From NCBI GenBank assembly GCA_029940715.1, contig JAPYTU010000001.1, positions 1,940 to 65,939 of the forward strand: a DNA stretch of 64,000 nucleotides. Reading direction: 5' to 3'. The notes beneath the pieces are model-generated. The model was not told the DNA's origin. It was given only the letters and a program-made list of their open reading frames with translations, and made no database searches. Below, piece after piece: positions 48,259 to 58,855 of the stretch (position 1 is its first letter; the number at the start of each line of letters is the position of its first letter). A program made the position numbers and the translations under genes. This stretch comes from Cytophagales bacterium (lineage in GTDB: Bacteria > Bacteroidota > Bacteroidia > Cytophagales > MED-G16).

Positions 48259-48999
48259 TCACCTTAAATAACTACCCCCATTTATATCAATGGTAGATCC
48301 TGTTGCGTGGTCTAGTTTCCCAGAGACAATAAGAGAAACAACAGGAGAAATGTCTTTTGGTTCAGTTAACCTATCTAAAACAATGCCCTTGTTTACATGG
48401 TCTTTTCCATATTTTTTAATAATGCCTTTGTTCATGTCTGTATGAACAAATCCTGGAGCAATAGTAAAAGCAAGAACGTTGTCTTTTTTTCCAAAAGACC
48501 TAGAAATTGTTTTTGTAAGCGAAACAAGACCCCCTTTAGAACATGCATAAGCAATAAAATCTTCTGTTTCTCCTCTAAAAGCTGCTCGAGAAGATATGTT
48601 TATTATTCTAAATCTTGAATTAATATTTTTATTTCTTTTTGTGTTTATAAAACATTTACACAAATATGCTGGTGCTCCTAAGTTTGTGTTTAGAACTTTG
48701 TTCCAACTTGAATTCCAAAAATCAGCATCAGTATTAACAGACGAAGAAATTTCTATTCCTGCATTGTTAATTAAAACGTCTGGAAATCCAAAATGGGCCA
48801 TAGTTTGTTCGTATAATTGTTGTGCCCCTAGGCTACTGGAAAGGTCTTGAGAAACTGCGTATGTGTTTTTTGTTAGAAGTTGTTTTAGTTTTTTTTTGTT
48901 TTTATTATAGTGTAAAACAAGCTTATGTTTTTTGTTTATAAGTTCTTTTGAGATTTCATATCCAATTCCACCTGATGCTCCAGTTATTAATATTTTCAT
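48259..48999 (-). CDS. Short-chain dehydrogenase/reductase (SDR) family oxidoreductase
   Basis: TGASGGIG cofactor motif, NNAG, catalytic YACSKGG (YxxxK). Confidence 0.85.
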   Translation of the reverse strand: MKILITGASGGIGYEISKELINKKHKLVLHYNKNKKKLKQLLTKNTYAVSQDLSSSLGAQQLYEQTMAHFGFPDVLINNAGIEISSSVNTDADFWNSSWNKVLNTNLGAPAYLCKCFINTKRNKNINSRFRIINISSRAAFRGETEDFIAYACSKGGLVSLTKTISRSFGKKDNVLAFTIAPGFVHTDMNKGIIKKYGKDHVNKGIVLDRLTEPKDISPVVSLIVSGKLDHATGSTIDINGGSYLR

Positions 49000-49072
49000 T
49001 CTATTAGTGGTTTATTAACAAAAATATTCTTTTTTGCAGATTATTCTTCTTTAGTTCATTTTAATTTATACA

Positions 49073-52000
49073 ATGAAACAAAACGACATAATAAGTTTAT
49101 ACCAAAATGATCTTGATATACTTAGTGTTGTTAGTTGTATAAAAACAAAGACAAAAGACATTATAATTAAAGGTTTATCTGGAGATTTAAGTGTTATAAC
49201 ACCTGTAGCAATTTCTAAAAACGACAACAAAAACCACTGTTTTGTATTAGAAAACAAAAAAAGTGCTATGGTTTTTTATAGTTCCTTATCTAGATTGGTA
49301 AAAAAAGAAAAAATATATTTCTTCCCCTACTCTCACAGAAAAGCTTATGGTTGTGGTGATGATGTAAACAACGCAAATGTTGTATTTAGAACAGAAGCTA
49401 TAGAAGCTATAGAAAAAAAAATAAAAGAAAAAAAATATTTAATAACATACCCAGAGGGTTTATTTGAAAAAACAACAAACACAAACACAAAAAACAAACT
49501 TTCTTTAATAATAAAAAAGGGACAAGATTTAGATTATACCTTTTTAACAAATCATTTAAACGAACAGAGCTTTAAACATGTTGATTTTGTTAAAGAACCT
49601 GGACAATATTCATTAAGAGGTAGTGTTGTTGATATTTTCTCGTTTACCAACAAACAACCTATTCGACTTGAGTTCAACAAAAATAAGATTATAAAAATTA
49701 AACTTTTTAATATAGAATCTCAACTAACAATAAAAGAAAGAAAAGAAATAAAAATTCTCGCCAACATTGAAAAACAAGCACAAAACGCGCCGTTTGTTTC
49801 TTTGTTTGGTTTATTAAACAAAAATTGGTTGCTTTGGTTTGAAAACATTAGTTTATCCGCCAACATTATTGAAAAAAAATACAACGAAGCATTAAATATT
49901 TATAAATCATTAAAAAAAACATCTAATGTTTTAATTTCAAAGTCACCAAAAAATCTTTTTTGTTCTAAAACTTTATTTATAAAAGAAATTAAGGCTTTTC
50001 AAAAAATTGAATTCGGAAAATCTTTTACTAAAAAAGGTGTTTTTTTTAAATTTAACTCTTCTCCTCAACCTAGTTTTAACAAAAACCTTTCTTTACTTGT
50101 TGAAAACATTAAATCTTTAGAAGAAAAAAACTATACTATTTTAATTTCTTTTCAATCCGAAGAACAAAGCAATAGACTAAACACATATTTTGATTCTATT
50201 GGTTATGAGTCTTCTTATACTCCTGTAATGATTGCTTTAGGTTCTGGATTTATAGACCACAATAATAAAAGAGCCGTTTACACCGATCATCAAATTTTTA
50301 ACAGATATTATAAACACACACAACAACCTATCGTTGTTAGAAAACAAAAAAACCCCATAAAAAAACGTTCTGAACTTACGGTTGGTGATTATCTTGTACA
50401 TATAGACCACGGAATTGGTCGTTTTGTTGGTTTAGATAAAATTTTAGTAAACAAAACAAAACAAGAGGTGTTGCGGGTTATTTATAAAAACAACGACTTC
50501 CTTTATATTAATATTAATTCTCTACACAAAATATCTAAGTATTCTGGAGTAAATACCTCCCCCGCTTTACATAGTCTTGGTACTCAAGAGTGGGAAAAAA
50601 AGAAAAAGAAAATAAAATCAAAACTTATTAACATAACCGAGGGGTTAACAAAACTTTATGCAAAAAGAAGAAACAAACTTGGTTTTTCTTTTGAAAAAGA
50701 TTCTTTTATGCAAGTTGAGCTTGAGTCTTCTTTTATTTATCAAGATACACCCGACCAATTAAAAGCAACAATAGATGTAAAAAAAGACATGGAAAAAAAA
50801 CAACCAATGGATCGACTTGTTTGTGGAGATGTTGGGTTTGGAAAAACAGAAATTGCAATTAGGGCCGCCTTTAAAGCTGTAGCTAGCAACAAACAAGTTT
50901 TAATCCTTGTTCCAACTACAATACTAGCCTTACAACACTATAAAACTTTTCAAAAAAGACTTAAAGACTTTCCTGTAGAAATTGATTATTTGTCTCGATT
51001 TAGATCAAAAAAAGACGCTAATGAAATTATCAAAAAATGTGAAAATGGTAAGGTTGATATTATTATAGGGACCCATCTTATTGTTAACAACAAAATTAAA
51101 TACAAAAATTTAGGCTTGTTAATTGTAGATGAAGAACAAAAATTTGGTGTTTCTTTAAAAGAAAAAATTAAAAAACGAAAAAACAACCTCGATACCCTTA
51201 CGTTAACAGCAACACCTATACCTAGGACTTTACATTTTTCTTTAATTGGAGTGCGAGATATTAGCATTATAAAAACACCGCCAACAAACAGACAAGCTGT
51301 GTATACTGAAACTATAAGTTTTAATAAAGAGACAATAAGAGATATTATAAAAAACGAACTTATCCGTTTTGGTCAAGTGTTTTTTGTTCACAATCGTATA
51401 AAAGACATTTATGAGGTTGGTAATATAATTCAAAAACTAGTTCCAAGCGCAAGAATAGCTGTCGCTCACGGACAACAAAAAGGAAATAACTTAGAAAAAA
51501 CAATGTTAAAATTTATTGAAGGTTTTTTTGATGTTTTAGTTTCAACTAACATTATTGAGTCTGGCTTAGATATACCAAACGCAAATACAATAATAATAAA
51601 TCAAGCACACATGTTTGGATTGTCTGATTTACACCAAATGAGGGGCCGTGTTGGTAGGTCTAACAAAAAAGCGTTTTGTTATTTAATCACACCAACTCTT
51701 TTATCTTTATCTTCTGACGCTAAAAGAAGGTTAATTGCTTTAGAAGAATTTTCAATGTTAGGTGATGGGTTAAATATTGCTTTAAAAGATTTAGATATAA
51801 GGGGTGCTGGAAATTTATTAGGAGGGGAGCAAAGTGGTTTTATTAATGATCTTGGCTTTGAAACATATCACAAAATTTTAGATGAAGCTCTTTTAGAATT
51901 AAGCCAACCGAAAACAAAAGAACAAAGTAAAAACCTATCTGTTTTTAAAGAAAACAACACGTGTTTGGTTGATGTTGATACGAAAGTTTATATACCAAAA

Positions 52001-52405
52001 AACTATATAACAAACTCCAATGAAAGATTAAAAATGTATGCTTTTTTAGAAAAAAACACAGAAAAAGGTCTTTTTTCAAAAACAAAAAAAGCCTTTAAAG
52101 ATAGATTTGGCAAAATACCAAAAAGTTTAAAAAATCTTTTTTTGGTAATGAAAATTAAAAAACTTGGTTCATTAATGGCAATAGATAAAATAACAAACAA
52201 AAACAACAAACTAACATTATTCTTTAATAAAAAGAGCAAACAAAATGAAAGAAAAAACATTACTATTCAAGAAATATTTAATTTTACAAAAAGAAAAGAA
52301 AAAAACATTACTCTAAAAGAAACAAAAAAACAATTAATTGTTATTTTTAAACTTGTTTTTGGTTTAAAAGAGTCTTTGGTTTTATTAAAAAAAATAAAAA
52401 AATAA
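49073..52405 (+). CDS. mfd: Transcription-repair coupling factor
   Basis: 1110 aa. CarD-like VGDYLVHIDHGIGRF. Helicase motifs GDVGFGKTE, DEEQKFGV, TATPIPRT and QMRGRVGRS. Confidence 0.95.
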   Translation: MKQNDIISLYQNDLDILSVVSCIKTKTKDIIIKGLSGDLSVITPVAISKNDNKNHCFVLENKKSAMVFYSSLSRLVKKEKIYFFPYSHRKAYGCGDDVNNANVVFRTEAIEAIEKKIKEKKYLITYPEGLFEKTTNTNTKNKLSLIIKKGQDLDYTFLTNHLNEQSFKHVDFVKEPGQYSLRGSVVDIFSFTNKQPIRLEFNKNKIIKIKLFNIESQLTIKERKEIKILANIEKQAQNAPFVSLFGLLNKNWLLWFENISLSANIIEKKYNEALNIYKSLKKTSNVLISKSPKNLFCSKTLFIKEIKAFQKIEFGKSFTKKGVFFKFNSSPQPSFNKNLSLLVENIKSLEEKNYTILISFQSEEQSNRLNTYFDSIGYESSYTPVMIALGSGFIDHNNKRAVYTDHQIFNRYYKHTQQPIVVRKQKNPIKKRSELTVGDYLVHIDHGIGRFVGLDKILVNKTKQEVLRVIYKNNDFLYININSLHKISKYSGVNTSPALHSLGTQEWEKKKKKIKSKLINITEGLTKLYAKRRNKLGFSFEKDSFMQVELESSFIYQDTPDQLKATIDVKKDMEKKQPMDRLVCGDVGFGKTEIAIRAAFKAVASNKQVLILVPTTILALQHYKTFQKRLKDFPVEIDYLSRFRSKKDANEIIKKCENGKVDIIIGTHLIVNNKIKYKNLGLLIVDEEQKFGVSLKEKIKKRKNNLDTLTLTATPIPRTLHFSLIGVRDISIIKTPPTNRQAVYTETISFNKETIRDIIKNELIRFGQVFFVHNRIKDIYEVGNIIQKLVPSARIAVAHGQQKGNNLEKTMLKFIEGFFDVLVSTNIIESGLDIPNANTIIINQAHMFGLSDLHQMRGRVGRSNKKAFCYLITPTLLSLSSDAKRRLIALEEFSMLGDGLNIALKDLDIRGAGNLLGGEQSGFINDLGFETYHKILDEALLELSQPKTKEQSKNLSVFKENNTCLVDVDTKVYIPKNYITNSNERLKMYAFLEKNTEKGLFSKTKKAFKDRFGKIPKSLKNLFLVMKIKKLGSLMAIDKITNKNNKLTLFFNKKSKQNERKNITIQEIFNFTKRKEKNITLKETKKQLIVIFKLVFGLKESLVLLKKIKK

Positions 52406-52459
52406 AGACAATATTTTTGTTGTTTAGTTGTTAAATATTTCTAAGAGTAGATTTTTTTG

Positions 52460-52467
52460 TATTTTTG
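52460..52467 (+). promoter_or_regulatory. Candidate -7 promoter box TATTTTTG upstream of the GldJ-like gene
   Basis: Exact TAnnTTTG match, 26 nt upstream of the ATG at 52494. A second copy lies at 52412-52419. Confidence 0.3.
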
Positions 52468-52493
52468 ATAAAAATTTAAAACTTCTTTTGTCT

Positions 52494-53702
52494 ATGAAAA
52501 GGTTTAATATTTTGATTTTTTTATGTTTGATTATCCTTGAGGGGTGTTCTATTCTTCCTTTTGGGAAAAGTAATCCCTCAGCAAGAAGTCCTGGTACAAC
52601 AAGCACAACAACTAATTTAGAATACTTTTCTGACAACGAAGCTGAAGAAGATGGTGCTTTTGTCGTTTCTGACTTTAGTGGACAAATCCCAGGTCCTAAT
52701 CAGGTTTTAATTGAAGGTGGTCGCGCTGTTTTGGGTTCTTATGAAGAAGATGTTTTTTATACTCATGATAATGTAGAAAGAACTGTTACCGTTTCGTCTT
52801 TTTATTTAGACATGACAGAAATAGCCAACATTCATTGGTTAGAATATTTAAGTCATCTTAAAAGTGGGGACTCTAGTGAAACTTTTTATTTAAACGCCCT
52901 TCCAGATACAACCGTTTGGCATAAAGACTTAGCTTTTAACTCACCTTATGTTGATAATTATTTAAGATATCCTGGTTTTAGATATTATCCTGTTGTTGGA
53001 ATTAGTTGGAGCCAAGCAAATGACTACTGTCGTTGGAGAACAGACGCTGTTAATAGAGGAATAGCTATAGATTATTTTGGAGATGAGTATATAGATGGAG
53101 ATATACCACCAATAGAGTCTGGTGTTTATTTACCAGAATTTAGGTTACCCACTGAAGCTGAATGGGAATACGCTGCTTATGGACAAATTGGTAATCAATG
53201 GTTAGACGAAAACCAAACACATAGAAGATTATACCCTTGGGATGGGAGAACAATAAGAAGCCCAAAAAGGAGCACCCTTGGGGAATTTCAAGCAAACTTT
53301 AAAAGGGGTAGGGGTGATTATGCTGGAATAGCTGGATCATTAAATGATGCTGGTTTTATAACGGTTTCAATTTACGAATATGCTCCGAATGACTTTGGTT
53401 TGTATAATATGGCAGGAAATGTTAATGAATGGGTTTATGATATTTATAGACCACTAAACTTTCAAGATGTTGAAGACCTTAACCCAATAAGACAAAGTGA
53501 TTATTTAGATAGTGAAGAAGATTATGATTACCAAAACTTTAACTCATTAGTTAATAATTCTTCTCGTGTTTATAAGGGTGGTTCTTGGAGTGATGGCGCC
53601 CAATGGTTATCTCCAGGAACAAGACGGTTTATGGATCAAGATTCTTCTTCCTCAACGGTTGGATTTAGGTGTGCAACGCATGCGCTTGGAACAGATCAAT
53701 AG
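52494..53702 (+). CDS. gldJ: GldJ-like lipoprotein (formylglycine-generating-enzyme / SUMF1 fold)
   Basis: Lipobox ILEGCS. YPVVGISWSQANDYCRWRTD, LPEFRLPTEAEWEYAA, ANFKRGRGDYAGIAG, NDFGLYNMAGNVNEWV and VYKGGSWSD...VGFRCA match my recollection of GldJ/GldK-type proteins. The ATG at 52494 is preferred to the track start at 52428. Confidence 0.55.
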   Translation: MKRFNILIFLCLIILEGCSILPFGKSNPSARSPGTTSTTTNLEYFSDNEAEEDGAFVVSDFSGQIPGPNQVLIEGGRAVLGSYEEDVFYTHDNVERTVTVSSFYLDMTEIANIHWLEYLSHLKSGDSSETFYLNALPDTTVWHKDLAFNSPYVDNYLRYPGFRYYPVVGISWSQANDYCRWRTDAVNRGIAIDYFGDEYIDGDIPPIESGVYLPEFRLPTEAEWEYAAYGQIGNQWLDENQTHRRLYPWDGRTIRSPKRSTLGEFQANFKRGRGDYAGIAGSLNDAGFITVSIYEYAPNDFGLYNMAGNVNEWVYDIYRPLNFQDVEDLNPIRQSDYLDSEEDYDYQNFNSLVNNSSRVYKGGSWSDGAQWLSPGTRRFMDQDSSSSTVGFRCATHALGTDQ

Positions 53703-53848
53703 TTAATTTAAATATCAAATGTTTAAACAAAAGATTATTTTATACGATAACATTAATCTTGTAAACAATAGGTTTATTAACACAACCTAACACAAAACTG
53801 TTAACTTAATAAAAAAAAGACAACAACAGATTTTTATTTGAACGCTAT

Positions 53849-54301
53849 ATGTTTGTTACTAATTTTTTTTCAGAAAACAAAAACTTTAAAATATCAAACA
53901 AAAAAGAAATAAGAGCTCTTTTAAAAAAAATTTGTAAAAAAGAAAACAAAAAAATTAGCTTTATTAATTGTGTGTTTTGTTCTGACAATAGGTTATTAGA
54001 AATAAACAAAAAATATCTTAATCACAGTTCCTTAACCGACGTTGTTACATTCAACTTTACCACAAATAATAAAACCATAGAAGGAGACATTTACATAAGC
54101 ATAGATAGGGTTAAAGAAAACGCAAAAAAATATAAAGAAACCTTTAAAAAAGAGCTTTTACGGATTATAATTCATGGGCTACTACACTTAATTGGTTTTT
54201 TAGATAAAACAAAAGAAGAAAAAAATACTATGACATTAAAAGAAAACGAATACCTTTCTTTATATAGTAAACTCACGTTCCACGTGGAACATAAACAATA
54301 A
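53849..54301 (+). CDS. ybeY: rRNA maturation endoribonuclease YbeY
   Basis: 150 aa. HGLLHLIGFLD zinc-binding motif. Confidence 0.85.
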   Translation: MFVTNFFSENKNFKISNKKEIRALLKKICKKENKKISFINCVFCSDNRLLEINKKYLNHSSLTDVVTFNFTTNNKTIEGDIYISIDRVKENAKKYKETFKKELLRIIIHGLLHLIGFLDKTKEEKNTMTLKENEYLSLYSKLTFHVEHKQ

Positions 54302-54309
54302 GAAAAATA

Positions 54310-56172
54310 ATGTTTGCAAAATATGACGTGATTGTGGTTGGGGCTGGACACGCTGGTTGCGAAGCTGCTGCTGCTGCTGCAAGTATGGGGTCAAAAGTTC
54401 TTTTAGCTACTATGAATATGGGAACTATAGCACAAATGTCTTGTAATCCCGCAATCGGTGGGGTTGCAAAAGGGCAAATTGTAAGAGAAATTGATGCTTT
54501 AGGTGGTTTAACAGGAATAGTAACAGATAAAACAATGATTCAGTTTCGTATGCTCAACCTATCAAAAGGCCCAGCAATGTGGTCCCCAAGAGCACAAAGT
54601 GATAGAATGAGGTTTGCTGAAGAGTGGCGTTTGTTATTAGAAAAAAACAAAAATGTTGATTTTTGGCAAGAAATGATAACTAGCCTTTTGGTTAAAGAAA
54701 AAAGGGTGGTTGGTGTTATAACAGCTTTGGGTTTAGAAATTAAAGGGAGTGCTGTAATTTTAACAAACGGAACCTTTTTAAATGGGTTAATTCATATTGG
54801 TGAAAAAAATTTTGGGGGAGGAAGAACTGGGGAAAGATCTTCAAAAGGAATTACAGAACAACTTGAAGATCTTGGCTTTATTTCAGGTAGAATGAAAACA
54901 GGAACTCCACCAAGGGTTGATGGTAGGTCTATAAACTACAAAAAAATGGAAGAACAAGCTGGAGATTCTGTTCCTGGTTGTTTTTCTTTTCTAACAAGGG
55001 GGTTATTAAAAAAACAAAAAAGTTGTCACATCACATACACCAACAAAAAAACACACTCACTTTTAAAAGATGGTTTTAAAAAATCCCCAATGTTTAATGG
55101 AAGAATAAGGGGTGTTGGCCCTAGGTATTGTCCTTCCATAGAAGATAAAATAAGTCGTTTTTCAGAAAGAAATCGTCATCAAATTTTTGTTGAACCAGAG
55201 GGTTGGAACACAATAGAGGTGTATGTTAATGGGTTTTCAACCTCTTTACCCGAAGGTGTTCAGTTAAAAGCATTAAGATCAATTGATGGTTTTGAATCAG
55301 TAAAAATGTTTAGGCCTGGGTATGCTATAGAGTATGATTATTTTCCACCAACCCAATTAAAACACACACTTGAAACCAAACCAATAAAAAATCTTTATTT
55401 CGCAGGACAAATAAACGGCACAACGGGATATGAAGAAGCCGCCTGCCAGGGGTTGGTCTCTGGAATAAACGCACACAACAAAATAAACCAAAAAAAAGAT
55501 TTTGTTTTATCTAGATCTGAAGCTTATATAGGTGTTCTTATTGATGATTTAATTAATAAAGGAACCGAAGAGCCTTATAGAATGTTCACCTCTAGGGCTG
55601 AGCATAGAATATTACTTAGGCAAGACAACGCAGATCTTAGATTAACAAAAAAAGGGGTTTTGGTTGGATTAGCTAATAAAAAACGACTGTGTTTGGTTGA
55701 AGAAAAAATAAATAAAATTAATAAAATAGATGATTTCTTAAAGACAACAAAAGTTGTTCCAAAAAAAATCAATAAGTATTTAACTAGAGTGGGTTCAGCA
55801 AAAATTTCAGAAAAAAAATCTTTAGAGTCTTTATTAAAAAGGCCTAACGTTCGTCTTTTAGATTTAATAAAAAAAACAACAACACCGCTCGGAATAAACC
55901 TATCAAAAGACAAGTTAATCATTGAACAAACAGAAATTAACCACAAATACAAAAGTTATATAAAAAAAGAGCAAGAGCTTGTTGATAAAATGAGCAGATT
56001 AGATGAAAGTAAAATTGATCCTAATTTTAATTACAAAAAAATACCCTCTTTATCTGCTGAAGGAAAAGAAAAATTACAAAAAATAAAACCTATTTCTATA
56101 GGTCAGGCATCAAGAATAAGTGGGGTTACACCCTCTGACATATCCGTCTTAATTGTATATATGAAAAAATAA
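54310..56172 (+). CDS. mnmG: tRNA uridine 5-carboxymethylaminomethyl modification enzyme MnmG (GidA)
   Basis: VVGAGHAGCEAA FAD motif, GQINGTTGYEEAA, C-terminal GQASRISGVTP. Confidence 0.95.
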   Translation: MFAKYDVIVVGAGHAGCEAAAAAASMGSKVLLATMNMGTIAQMSCNPAIGGVAKGQIVREIDALGGLTGIVTDKTMIQFRMLNLSKGPAMWSPRAQSDRMRFAEEWRLLLEKNKNVDFWQEMITSLLVKEKRVVGVITALGLEIKGSAVILTNGTFLNGLIHIGEKNFGGGRTGERSSKGITEQLEDLGFISGRMKTGTPPRVDGRSINYKKMEEQAGDSVPGCFSFLTRGLLKKQKSCHITYTNKKTHSLLKDGFKKSPMFNGRIRGVGPRYCPSIEDKISRFSERNRHQIFVEPEGWNTIEVYVNGFSTSLPEGVQLKALRSIDGFESVKMFRPGYAIEYDYFPPTQLKHTLETKPIKNLYFAGQINGTTGYEEAACQGLVSGINAHNKINQKKDFVLSRSEAYIGVLIDDLINKGTEEPYRMFTSRAEHRILLRQDNADLRLTKKGVLVGLANKKRLCLVEEKINKINKIDDFLKTTKVVPKKINKYLTRVGSAKISEKKSLESLLKRPNVRLLDLIKKTTTPLGINLSKDKLIIEQTEINHKYKSYIKKEQELVDKMSRLDESKIDPNFNYKKIPSLSAEGKEKLQKIKPISIGQASRISGVTPSDISVLIVYMKK

Positions 56173-57020
56173 TGGAATGTTTATCTAACTGTTTGGTTTG
56201 TGGGTCTAAAAAAATTATAAAAAAAAAATCATTAATTGACTATTCACTAACAAAAGAAACCTTTACTCTTTATCAATGTTTATCTTGTGCTGTTGTTTTT
56301 ACAAACCCAAGACCAAAAAAAGATAAAATAAAAAAATATTATGATTTAAAAAAATATGACTCTTATAGCAAAAAAAATGATTTTTTTGGTTTTGTTTATG
56401 GTTTTATCCAAAAACTTAACAACTCTTATAAAACAAATTTACTAAAAAAATATAAAACAGGTTCTCTTTTAGATTATGGGTCTGGGTCTGGGTCTTTTGT
56501 TAACTATACTCAAAAAAAAGGATATACTTCTTTTGGTTATGAGCCTATAAACAAGCTGAAACATAATTTTATTTATAAGAACAAAATTATTATAAAAAAA
56601 CAAAAATATGATTGGGTAACACTCTGGCATGTTTTAGAACACACCCACAACCCAAAAAGTACATTAAAAGGTATAGGGGGGTTATTAAATAAGGATGGTT
56701 TAATAGCTGTGGCTATACCTAATATTGCTTCATACGATAACATTTATTATAAAAAATATTGGGCTGGTTATGATGTCCCTAGACATCTTTTTCATTTTAA
56801 CACCACTTCTTTTAAAAAGTTGGCGACGTTCGCCAACTTAAAAATAATTAACAAAAAACCCCTGTGGTTTGATCCAATATACGTTTCTATGTTAAGCGAA
56901 AAATATAAAAAAAATAAATTTTCCTTTCTTTCTGGTTTTTTTCGTGGTTTCATTTCAAATTTATATGCAATAAAAACAGGTCAACATTCAAGTATTATAT
57001 ATATTTTACGTAAATGCTAA
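56172..57020 (+). CDS. Class I SAM-dependent methyltransferase with N-terminal zinc ribbon
   Basis: CLVCGS...CLSC Cys pairs. Motif I LLDYGSGSGSF. TAATG junction with mnmG. Confidence 0.7.
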   Translation: MECLSNCLVCGSKKIIKKKSLIDYSLTKETFTLYQCLSCAVVFTNPRPKKDKIKKYYDLKKYDSYSKKNDFFGFVYGFIQKLNNSYKTNLLKKYKTGSLLDYGSGSGSFVNYTQKKGYTSFGYEPINKLKHNFIYKNKIIIKKQKYDWVTLWHVLEHTHNPKSTLKGIGGLLNKDGLIAVAIPNIASYDNIYYKKYWAGYDVPRHLFHFNTTSFKKLATFANLKIINKKPLWFDPIYVSMLSEKYKKNKFSFLSGFFRGFISNLYAIKTGQHSSIIYILRKC

Positions 57021-58708
57021 AATTAATTTATTCTTTTTATTTTATAATAATAATTTCTTCTTGTGCAAAAATTAGCCCATTAGAGGGTGGTTACAAAGAC
57101 ACCCTTTCTCCTATTTTAATTTACTCTAACCCAAAAAATCATTCTATTAACTTTAAAGAAAAAGTTTTTTCTTTTGAATTTGATGAAATTATTGATGCTT
57201 CAGGGTTATCTCAAAAACTTATAATTTCACCTTACTTTAATAACACACCAGAGTTAAAATTTAAAAAAAACAACCTTCTTTTAACTTTTGATTCTTCTTT
57301 TAAAGAAAACACCACTTATATATTAAATTTTGCTGATGGAGTTAAAGATATAACAGAAGGTAATCCAGCCAAAAACACTAAACTTGTTTTTAGTACAGGT
57401 AACAAAATAGATTCTTCTTTTATTTCTGGTTTCGTGTTGGATCCACTAAAAAATAAGTTTGTTGAAGGAGCTTTGGTTGTTTTGTATAACAAAAAAGATA
57501 GTTTAGGATTATTTAATAAAAAACCTCTATATTTTTCATTTTCTAATAAAGATGGTGGTTTTTTAATAGAAAATATAAAATCTGGTGAATACAAAATGTA
57601 TTCTTTTGTAGACGAAAATCAAAGTTTTATAGCAGAGTCAAAAAATGAGGCGTTTGGTTATCTTCCTAATAACCTAAAACTTGATTCTTTTATATCAAAT
57701 ATTAATATTTCTTTGTTTAAAGAAAACCCTCAAAAATTAAAATTAGATAGGAAAAGAGAGAGGGGATTAGTTTATGAGCTCACCTATTCTAAATATATTA
57801 AAAAGGTTAATGTTTACACTAAAGGATTTATTAATTATAGTTTAAACGATAACAATTTATTACGATTTTATAAAGGTAAATTAAAACAAGATTCTGTTTT
57901 TGTTATAGTTGAGGCTTTTGATTCCTTACAAGAAAAAACTACTGATTCTTTATTTGTTTCTTTTGGCAAAGAAAGTAAACGTGTTTCTAAACTAAGCCAC
58001 CAATTAAAAACAAACTACAGAAATGATCTTGATGATACCTTGTTATTAAACTTTTCTTTTTCAAAACCCATAAATAATAAACTTTTTTCTTTTTCTTTTT
58101 ATGTTGATACGGTTTTTTACACTGGTCCTTATTATTCTAAAAGTGTCTGGAATAAAAACAAAACAAAAAACAAAACAAAACTCTATTTAAATCAAAAAGC
58201 TGTTGCTCTTTTTGTTGATTCTTTAAAAAACAAAGCTATTGCAGATAGTTTAATTTATGAAAAAGACTCTATTTATACTTTTTTTAAAAATTATTATAAA
58301 AAATTAAAAAAAGATAGAGTATTTTTTGTTGTGCCTAAAGGTAGTGTTGTTTCTGTAGAAAAGGACACTTTAAATAAAATAGAAAAAAACTTTCTTTTTA
58401 GAGGAAAAGATTTTTACGGTTCTGTTTCTGGTTCTATTTCTGGTTTAGGTACTAAAGTTCTTGTTCAATTGGTTTCTGAAAATTTTAGTAGAATATATAA
58501 AAACAAAAAATTAAATAATAACTTTTACTTTAATAAAGTAGAGCCCGGAAAATATTATATTAAAATAATAATAGATAATAATGAAAATAACAAATGGGAT
58601 TATGGGAGTATTTTAAAAAATATTGGTTCTGAAGAAATTATTTATTATAAAGAAAAAATTGAAGTTAGGCCTAATTGGATAATTGAAGATTTAATAATTA
58701 ACCTTTAA
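57014..58708 (+). CDS. Ig-like (SbsA-type) domain lipoprotein, function unknown
   Basis: 564 aa. Lipobox IIISSC. An N-terminal Ig-like segment (DTLSPILIYSNP...TYILNFADGVKDITEGNP) followed by a CarboxypepD_reg-like stretch (ISGFVLDPLKNKFVEGALVVL). Confidence 0.55.
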   Translation: MLKLIYSFYFIIIISSCAKISPLEGGYKDTLSPILIYSNPKNHSINFKEKVFSFEFDEIIDASGLSQKLIISPYFNNTPELKFKKNNLLLTFDSSFKENTTYILNFADGVKDITEGNPAKNTKLVFSTGNKIDSSFISGFVLDPLKNKFVEGALVVLYNKKDSLGLFNKKPLYFSFSNKDGGFLIENIKSGEYKMYSFVDENQSFIAESKNEAFGYLPNNLKLDSFISNINISLFKENPQKLKLDRKRERGLVYELTYSKYIKKVNVYTKGFINYSLNDNNLLRFYKGKLKQDSVFVIVEAFDSLQEKTTDSLFVSFGKESKRVSKLSHQLKTNYRNDLDDTLLLNFSFSKPINNKLFSFSFYVDTVFYTGPYYSKSVWNKNKTKNKTKLYLNQKAVALFVDSLKNKAIADSLIYEKDSIYTFFKNYYKKLKKDRVFFVVPKGSVVSVEKDTLNKIEKNFLFRGKDFYGSVSGSISGLGTKVLVQLVSENFSRIYKNKKLNNNFYFNKVEPGKYYIKIIIDNNENNKWDYGSILKNIGSEEIIYYKEKIEVRPNWIIEDLIINL

Positions 58709-58855
58709 GTATGTTTAAAAGTTGTTAAGAAAATTTAAATAATGAAATTATTTTTTTAAACAACTTTATAAAGATAATATACACATTGGGTTATCAACAT
58801 TGTTTTTTTGTTTTTTTTAAATATTTTTTAAATCACTGAGTATTAGTTTTTTATA

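Noticed and set aside
52428-52493. N-terminal extensions in the ORF track (52428, 61400, 15868, 10912, 17275, 36264, 15788, 10898)
   Set aside because: In each case a downstream ATG gives an N-terminus that aligns with known family starts or yields a proper signal peptide or lipobox. The downstream ATG also avoids overlap with the upstream gene. The extended starts are artefacts of taking the most upstream start codon.
54364-54378. (GCT)5 trinucleotide repeat
   Set aside because: It encodes the Ala run of the conserved MnmG FAD-binding segment (GAGHAGCEAAAAAAS). It is in-frame and functionally explained.
55575-55952. 125-codon ORF antisense to mnmG
   Set aside because: It has the same antisense frame relationship as the radA and amidase cases. 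I saw no start context or promoter motif. This is a shadow ORF.
56478-56495. (GGGTCT)3 hexanucleotide tandem repeat
   Set aside because: It encodes the G-S-G-S-G-S part of methyltransferase motif I (LLDYGSGSGSF). This is a coding feature, not a regulatory repeat.
58154-58177. 12-nt tandem duplication AAAAACAAAACA x2
   Set aside because: It lies in-frame inside the Ig-like lipoprotein gene (NKNKTKNKTK), in a low-complexity Lys/Asn-rich linker. There is no evidence of function beyond that.
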